DNA of 64,000 bases from Alphaproteobacteria bacterium. GTDB taxonomy: Bacteria; Pseudomonadota; Alphaproteobacteria; UBA7887. Numbering within the stretch: the stretch's first letter is position 1; the number at the start of each line of letters is the position of its first letter. The notes beneath the pieces were generated by a model. It was not told the origin of the DNA. It was given only the letters and a program-made list of their open reading frames with translations, and did not search any database. The translations under genes were made by a program, and so were the position numbers. The stretch spans positions 4,352,001 to 4,416,000 of the forward strand of contig CBDCGL010000011.1 in NCBI GenBank assembly GCA_965216755.1. The letters are read 5' to 3'. Positions 57,973 to 64,000 of the stretch are shown here, piece by piece.

Positions 57973-60411
57973 TGGATGCGCCTGGAGGCACGCGTAAGCT
58001 GGCGGCGATTTTGGCGGCCGACGCGGTCGGCTATTCGCGCTTGATGGCGGCCGACGAGACGGCGACGGTGGCGGCGCTGAATGAAAGCCGGACTATTTTT
58101 CGCGAACGAATTCAAGCGCACGATGGTCGTCTGATCGACACCGCCGGCGACAGCGTACTGGCTGAGTTTCCCAGTGTCGTCGAGGCGGTGCAATGCGCCA
58201 TGGATGTGCAGGTCGCGCTGGTCGCGCGCAACGCGCCGTTGGACGAGGACCGGCGCATGCCGTTCCGTATCGGCGTCAATCTTGGCGACGTCATCGAACA
58301 GGCGGACGGCACGATTTATGGCGACGGTGTCAATATCGCGGCGCGGCTTGAGAGTTTGGCGGAGCCGAGCGGGATCAACGTATCGGGCGCGGTCTACGAC
58401 AGCGTGCATGGCAAGATCGGATCCGGGTTCGCGTATCTCGGTGAACAGGCGGTCAAAAACATCGAACAGCCTGTGCGGGTCTATCGTGTCGCCGCTGACG
58501 AAACAGACCGTGATGTCGGTGTTGCCGGGCGCCTTGCGCGCCGGCCGCTCGCCATTGCGACGGCGGTCACCGTTGCTGTGCTGATCATGACCGGCGTTGG
58601 CGCATGGCATCAAGGCTGGATCGGCGGTGGTGAACAGATTTCGGTAGGGCACGCCGACCAGTTCCGGCCGGTGTTGCCGACCGGCCCGTCGATCGCTGTG
58701 CTGCCTTTCGCAAACCTTAGCGGTGATCCGGAACAGGACTATCTCAGCGATGGGCTGACCGCCGACGTCATCGCCGCACTGGGGCGGTTTGCGAATCTGT
58801 CGGTGATGGGCCGCAATACGACTTTGCCATACAAGGACACTGTTGTCGCGTCCGAAGAAATCGGCCGAGCACTCGGCGTGCGCTATGTGCTTGACGGGGC
58901 CGTGCGCCGAGCCGGCGATCGGATCCGGGTGACGGCACAGCTGACCGAAGCCGAAAGCGGTGTGCATCTGTGGTCAGACCGTTTCGACCGTGCCTATGAG
59001 GACGTGTTCGCGGTTCAAGATGAAATCACCAGCAATGTCGCCGGCGCGCTTGCGATCGCGGTCGGTCGTCTGGAACGAGAGCGGGCCTTGGAAAAGCCGA
59101 CCGAAAACCTCGAAGCCTATGACTATGTATTGAGGGGGTGGGCACTCGTACGGCGCGGGACGAGGGCCGCGAACTTCGACGCTCGGGAGTCGTTCAAACG
59201 AGCGGCGGCGCTGGACCCGCAATATGGCGACGCCTATGCCGGCATGAGCTACACATACGGCGCAGCAGTGGATTATGGTTGGACGGAATTCATTGCAAGG
59301 GCTGTCGACCAAGCCGAAGCGTTGGCGCAACAGGCGTTGGCGCTCGACTCGAGTAGTGTCGCTGCGCGACGCTCGCTGGCTCGGGTCCTTACGGCTAGGA
59401 ATCAGCTAGATCTTGCCGCAGAGCAGCTGCGGCACGCCTTGGAGATTAACTCAAGCGATGCGGACAGTTATAAAGCATACGGTGACATACTTGTTTATCT
59501 TGGTGATGCTGCGAGAGCGGCCGAGTGGTTCGAGGCCGGATTGCGACTGGATCCCAAAGCTGAATCTTGGGTATTTTCGAATCTTGGCCTGTCGTACTAC
59601 CTAATGCACCGCTACCAAGATGCGGTCCAAGTTGCATCTCGGGCCGTAGAAACCAAATCCGACTTTATGGGACTCGCGGTAATTGCCGCGGCTCAGGGCC
59701 AACTCGGCAACCATGCCGAAGCGCAACGCGCGACCGACGACTTGCTGGGTCGCCGACCCTTCAGCACAATTGAACAACTTACCGTGCCGTTTAGAGTTGC
59801 GGAAGACATCGCGCATTTTGCCGATGGTCTGATCAAGGCGGGCGTACCGACCTCCGGCGCGGTCGCAAGTGACCGGTAATGGCTGCGACTGAGGGCACGC
59901 GTAAGCTGGCGGCGATTTTGGCGGCCGACGCGGTCGGCTATTCGCGCTTGATGGCAGCCGACGAGACGGCGACGGTGGCGGCGCTGAATGAAAGCCGGAC
60001 TATTTTTCGCGAACGAATTCAAGCGCACGATGGTCGTCTGATCGACACCGCCGGCGACAGCGTACTGGCTGAGTTTCCCAGTGTCGTCGAGGCGGTGCAA
60101 TGCGCCATGGATGTGCAGGTCGCGCTGGTCGCGCGCAACGCGCCGTTGGACGAGGACCGGCGCATGCCGTTCCGTATCGGCGTCAATCTTGGCGATGTCA
60201 TCGAACAGGCGGACGGCACGATCTATGGCGACGGTGTCAATATCGCGGCGCGGCTTGAGAGTTTGGCCGAGCCGTGCGGGATCAACGTATCGGGGGCGGT
60301 CTACGACAGCGTGCATGGCAAGATCGGATCCGGGTTCGCGTATCTCGGTGAACATGCGGTTAAAAACATCGAACAGCCGGTGCGGGTCTATCGTGTTGCC
60401 GCTGACGAAAC
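56746..60411 (+). repeat. Imperfect tandem direct repeat with 1907-bp period
   Basis: 56746 pairs with 58653 and 57972 with 59879; near-identical blocks flank a diverged TPR block. Confidence 0.88.
57972..59879 (+). CDS. Class III cyclase - TM - TolB-like - TPR receptor, copy 2 (mosaic)
   Basis: Same architecture; TAATG overlap with copy 1. Confidence 0.95.
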   Translation: MDAPGGTRKLAAILAADAVGYSRLMAADETATVAALNESRTIFRERIQAHDGRLIDTAGDSVLAEFPSVVEAVQCAMDVQVALVARNAPLDEDRRMPFRIGVNLGDVIEQADGTIYGDGVNIAARLESLAEPSGINVSGAVYDSVHGKIGSGFAYLGEQAVKNIEQPVRVYRVAADETDRDVGVAGRLARRPLAIATAVTVAVLIMTGVGAWHQGWIGGGEQISVGHADQFRPVLPTGPSIAVLPFANLSGDPEQDYLSDGLTADVIAALGRFANLSVMGRNTTLPYKDTVVASEEIGRALGVRYVLDGAVRRAGDRIRVTAQLTEAESGVHLWSDRFDRAYEDVFAVQDEITSNVAGALAIAVGRLERERALEKPTENLEAYDYVLRGWALVRRGTRAANFDARESFKRAAALDPQYGDAYAGMSYTYGAAVDYGWTEFIARAVDQAEALAQQALALDSSSVAARRSLARVLTARNQLDLAAEQLRHALEINSSDADSYKAYGDILVYLGDAARAAEWFEAGLRLDPKAESWVFSNLGLSYYLMHRYQDAVQVASRAVETKSDFMGLAVIAAAQGQLGNHAEAQRATDDLLGRRPFSTIEQLTVPFRVAEDIAHFADGLIKAGVPTSGAVASDR

Positions 60412-61783
60412 GGGCCGTCATATCGGTGTCGTAGGGCGCCTTGTGCGCCGGCCATTCGTCATCGCCGCGGCCTTGGCTGTAATCGTCATCGGCGGGATCG
60501 GGGCATGGCAGTTTAGCTGGATCCCAAGCGGCGGCGGAATTTCCTTTGTGCCGGCCGATGAAGTCCATCCGCCGCTGCCAACCGGCCCGTCGATCGCCGT
60601 GCTACCGTTCACCAACCTCAGTGGTGATCCGGAACAGGATTATCTGAGCGATGCGATTACCGAAGATATCATTGCCGTTCTTGGCCGGTTTTCGAAATTT
60701 TCGGTTTTGGCCCGCAATGCGACTGTGCGGTTCAAAGGCCAGGACTCCACGCCCAGGCAAATCGGCGACGCATTGGGCGTCCGCTATTTGCTCGACGGCA
60801 GCGTACGCCGCGCCGCCGATCGCATCCGGGTGAGCGCCCAGCTGACCGACGCCAAGACGGGGCAGCATTTGTGGTCCAACCGCTATGACAACGAATTTGA
60901 CGATTTGTTTTCGGTTCAGGACGACATCACCGAGGAAGTCGCTGGCGCCTTGGCGGTCAAGTTGGCACGCGTTGAGTACGCCCGGGCGGCAAAAAAGACC
61001 ACCGACAATCTCGAAGCCTATGACTTTGTGGTGCGCGGCTGGAACCTGGTGCGGCGCCAAAACCGCGCGCCGGTCCTGGAGGCACGTAGATTGTTCGAAC
61101 GCGCGATTGAACTCGACCCGGCTTATGCCACCGCCTATGTCGGGCGCGGCGAGACTTACCGGCTTGCCGCCGGTGAGGGCTATACGGAATTTTATGCGAA
61201 GGCACTCGAACAGGCTGAGGCACTGGCATTAAGAGCGCTGGAACTCGATCCGGACAGCGTTGAAGGTCGCGGCTTGCTGGCACTCATCAAAGTCCATATA
61301 GGCCATTATGACCAGGCGGCCGAACTACTAGACCAGGCGCTAAAGATTAACCCATCGGATGCCCAAAGCTACAAAATCTATGGCGATGTCATGTTATTCT
61401 CGGGTCATGAGCAGGCCGCGATCGAATGGCACGAAGCGGCCTTGCGACTAGATCCGAATATGGAAGCCCGCCGCCGGAACAACTTGGCCTTGGCATATTA
61501 TTTGGACCGTCGCTATGACGACGCGATCACGACCGTTCAAGCCGCCCTCAGGCAAGAGCCGGATCTCTATCTCGGATACCTGGTATTGGCAGCCGCGCAC
61601 GCGCAAACAGGCGACGACGAGAAAGCCGCTCAGATGGCTGCCGAAGTGCGTCGCCTACGTCCGTTTTTCTCGATCGAATGGTTTACGACCTGGGTGGCGG
61701 CGTCGCCGGAGAATGTCGCTCATTTGGCGCAAGGCCTTGAAAAAGCGGGGTTTCCGATCGGCTTCTCCGGCGACAAACAATGA
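59879..61783 (+). CDS. Class III cyclase - TM - TolB-like - TPR receptor, copy 3
   Basis: Same architecture; TAATG overlap with copy 2. Confidence 0.95.
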   Translation: MAATEGTRKLAAILAADAVGYSRLMAADETATVAALNESRTIFRERIQAHDGRLIDTAGDSVLAEFPSVVEAVQCAMDVQVALVARNAPLDEDRRMPFRIGVNLGDVIEQADGTIYGDGVNIAARLESLAEPCGINVSGAVYDSVHGKIGSGFAYLGEHAVKNIEQPVRVYRVAADETGRHIGVVGRLVRRPFVIAAALAVIVIGGIGAWQFSWIPSGGGISFVPADEVHPPLPTGPSIAVLPFTNLSGDPEQDYLSDAITEDIIAVLGRFSKFSVLARNATVRFKGQDSTPRQIGDALGVRYLLDGSVRRAADRIRVSAQLTDAKTGQHLWSNRYDNEFDDLFSVQDDITEEVAGALAVKLARVEYARAAKKTTDNLEAYDFVVRGWNLVRRQNRAPVLEARRLFERAIELDPAYATAYVGRGETYRLAAGEGYTEFYAKALEQAEALALRALELDPDSVEGRGLLALIKVHIGHYDQAAELLDQALKINPSDAQSYKIYGDVMLFSGHEQAAIEWHEAALRLDPNMEARRRNNLALAYYLDRRYDDAITTVQAALRQEPDLYLGYLVLAAAHAQTGDDEKAAQMAAEVRRLRPFFSIEWFTTWVAASPENVAHLAQGLEKAGFPIGFSGDKQ

Positions 61784-61877
61784 CGAATCAATTCGACCCG
61801 CTTCAAAGCCGTCAATCAGAGAACTGGATTTGAACCGGGTGCGGATCGCGAATGGCCGCGACCAAACGTCTGTGCGG

Positions 61878-62429
61878 CTATTGCGCCGCCGCCCGTTGTG
61901 CCTTTAGCGCTTCAATCTTGGCGGTCTTCGCCCGTTCTTGTTCGAGTTCGTCCAGGGACTGCGCCCATTTGACGTCAGCCTTGCCGACATTTTCAGCCAA
62001 GTTCTCGAAAAACAGCTCCTTGGCGTAGTTGTCATAGTTGAGGTAAAGCATCTCGTCGACAATCGCCCAGACTTCCGGGTCGGCCTTCACCACGGTGCCA
62101 TACGTCATCGCGGCCGCGCAAAAGCCGCCGAACTGCGGTGCGTATTGTTCAGGATCGGATTCGAACAAATCGCGATGCGCGGCTGACGAAAAATACCACG
62201 TCGCATCCTGCCAGGAGCTCTGGAATTCGGCTGAACCCTTCATCGATTCGCCGACAGTGAAATAAGCCACCGTATCGTAGCCGGAGATGGCCACACCCTC
62301 GTCAGTCGCGTTCCAATGCACAGTTGGGCTCGTTGCAGGCGACATCAACCCGTAAACCGCAACGCCACTCGCGCCTAATGCCACAAGTGCAACCGCCCCG
62401 AAAGCGATCCATTTCATTGAGACTTTCAT
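61878..62429 (-). CDS. YHS domain-containing (seleno)protein family, Cys form
   Basis: AISGYDTVAYF, YAPQFGGFCA, W.IVD..LYLNY. Confidence 0.9.
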   Translation of the reverse strand: MKVSMKWIAFGAVALVALGASGVAVYGLMSPATSPTVHWNATDEGVAISGYDTVAYFTVGESMKGSAEFQSSWQDATWYFSSAAHRDLFESDPEQYAPQFGGFCAAAMTYGTVVKADPEVWAIVDEMLYLNYDNYAKELFFENLAENVGKADVKWAQSLDELEQERAKTAKIEALKAQRAAAQ

Positions 62430-62657
62430 TTTGATCACCAACTTCGATCATTGCGCGTATCTGTGTCGCGACGAAAGACACTTAAGCTTACCGGATAGTG
62501 CTAGTTCATGCTACCGTTGCAAGGGTCGAGGGCCGAGAGTGAGTATGGGAAACTTGAACGCAGATTTCCGTCACGGTTGTAGCGCCGACAGGCAGATAAT
62601 ACGGTAGTTCTCGACGCCACAGGTCGGGCACCGCGACGGCATATGGGAGGGTGCCGC

Positions 62658-63344
62658 ATGACGAGACTCTGGGTAATGGTGCTGTCGGGGCTCGGGTGGA
62701 GTGCCACAGTCTGCGCTGGCGATGCAATCGAGCTGACGTTCGCAGGTCACATTCATTGGGATTTGGTCGAACAGCACGTCTATGTCGAGCGTGAGCCGGG
62801 ATCTGGGGTTGCGTACAGGGTAACACCGGTCGACGTTCACCGTTATCTCGAGGCACCGGTTTACGCGGCCGCGGAAGCGGTGTCGAACGCGCCGTTCGAC
62901 CATGGCGAGGTTGGCCCCTACGCGCTCGGACCGGCACTGGGCGTTACGCTTGGTGATTGGCTGGCGGCGGCCGGGACGGCGACTTACACGTGTACGGACG
63001 ACATCGGCACGGTCACAGCTGAATTTGAGAACTTGGTGCCGAATGGCGTCTATACCATGTGGTATTCTTTCATCCCCCGTCCCCCACTCGAACCGTTTGT
63101 CGCCCTTGATATTCCCCTTGGTGCGCGCGACGGGTCCGACACGCTGTTTGTTGCCGACGCCGATGGCCAGGCCAGCTACGACGTCGTTTTCAGCCCGTGT
63201 TTGCAAATGTCGGGTCGGCAAACCGATACATCTTTGACGATTGCCTGGCATAGCGACGGCGCAACTTACGGCGCGGAACCCGGGCCGTTTTCGACTGCCA
63301 CGCATGTGCACATTTTTGCGAATTTTCCGATTGAGGACCGGTAA
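62658..63344 (+). CDS. Secreted hypothetical protein with several His/Trp motifs
   Basis: RBS GGGAGG; signal peptide; HIHW, LVPNGVYTMW, WHSDG, HVH. Confidence 0.75.
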   Translation: MTRLWVMVLSGLGWSATVCAGDAIELTFAGHIHWDLVEQHVYVEREPGSGVAYRVTPVDVHRYLEAPVYAAAEAVSNAPFDHGEVGPYALGPALGVTLGDWLAAAGTATYTCTDDIGTVTAEFENLVPNGVYTMWYSFIPRPPLEPFVALDIPLGARDGSDTLFVADADGQASYDVVFSPCLQMSGRQTDTSLTIAWHSDGATYGAEPGPFSTATHVHIFANFPIEDR

Positions 63345-63379
63345 CGGAACATTCGCCGAAACCCTGACGCGGGGCTGGA

Positions 63380-64000
63380 ATGAAACAAGCGTCAAACCGG
63401 GCGAATGGCGCATCGTTTGACCGAATGCGGACGCCGATCATGTGGCTTTTTTTTGTCGGATTGGCGCTGATATTCGCTGTGTCACAAGGCGGTGGCACCG
63501 TGGCCCGCGCCCTCGAGCCCGTCGACGATGAGGATTTCTACGACAACGGCGCGCCACAGCTGGCCAAATTGGCGCTCGGGCGTTTGTTGTTCTTCGATAA
63601 AATTCTCAGCGGCAACCGCAATATCGCGTGCGCCACGTGCCACCATCCACGATTTGCCAGCGCCGACGGATTGGCTCTGCCGCTCGGCGAGGGCGGCCGC
63701 GGCATCGGTACCGAACGCGAAGTCGGCGCTTCTCAGCCGGTGATCGACCACGTGCCCCGCAACACGCAGGCGTTGTTCAACCTGGGTGCGCGCGAGTTTA
63801 CACGCCTGTTCCATGATGGCCGTGTCGCCCTGGACCCGGATCGGTACTGGCGTAGCGGATTCCGCTCGCCAGCGGTCCAGGTTCTACCGACTGGGCTCGA
63901 CAATGTGCTGGCGGCACAAGCGATGTTTCCAGTCGCGTCCGAAATCGAAATGGCCGGCCACGAGGGAGAGAATCCGATCGCTGATGCGGCCGCGATCCGC
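63380..64000 (+). CDS. Di-heme cytochrome c peroxidase/MauG family protein (partial, runs off the right edge)
   Basis: Manual translation: signal peptide, LGRLLFFDKILSGNRNIACATCHHP, VPRN, LFHDGR, EMAG; start may be 63380 or 63425. Confidence 0.92.
   Translation, partial: MKQASNRANGASFDRMRTPIMWLFFVGLALIFAVSQGGGTVARALEPVDDEDFYDNGAPQLAKLALGRLLFFDKILSGNRNIACATCHHPRFASADGLALPLGEGGRGIGTEREVGASQPVIDHVPRNTQALFNLGAREFTRLFHDGRVALDPDRYWRSGFRSPAVQVLPTGLDNVLAAQAMFPVASEIEMAGHEGENPIADAAAIR

Noticed and set aside
56059-61783. Diversity-generating retroelement or Pycsar defence system
   Set aside because: No reverse transcriptase, differences are not visibly adenine-specific, and no adjacent cNMP-binding TM/TIR effector.
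61878-62429. Selenoprotein
   Set aside because: The family includes Sec forms, but this copy encodes Cys (GGFC) with no in-frame TGA.
1-64000. CRISPR arrays, tRNA or rRNA genes
   Set aside because: No regularly spaced short repeats or tRNA/rRNA signatures seen on manual reading; not confirmed computationally.

Overview
GC-rich (roughly 60% by eye) chromosomal window, most consistent with an alphaproteobacterium (Rhodospirillales-like gene content; inference). It holds about 55 protein-coding genes for metabolism, signalling and the cell envelope. I saw no rRNA, tRNA, CRISPR array or intact prophage. Highlights: (1) a minimal alginate-type synthase pair, in which an Alg8-like GT2 is fused to a C-terminal beta-helix (pectate-lyase-3/AlgG-like) domain and followed by a PilZ-HlyD Alg44-like gene, divergent from eda-kdgK and preceded by two CtrA-like boxes; (2) three tandem membrane class III nucleotide cyclase-TolB-like-TPR receptors forming a 1907-bp-period mosaic with divergent TPR regions and non-canonical specificity residues, plus three more cyclase-domain genes and a Crp regulator; (3) an MshEN-like/AAA ATPase fusion; (4) a ParA with a membrane/SPOR partner; (5) an XRE-S24 repressor whose catalytic Ser is replaced by Ala; (6) candidate sRNAs with CCUCCC loops and a missed small protein; (7) CTAG-bounded palindromic repeats, an IS5 remnant and several decaying genes.
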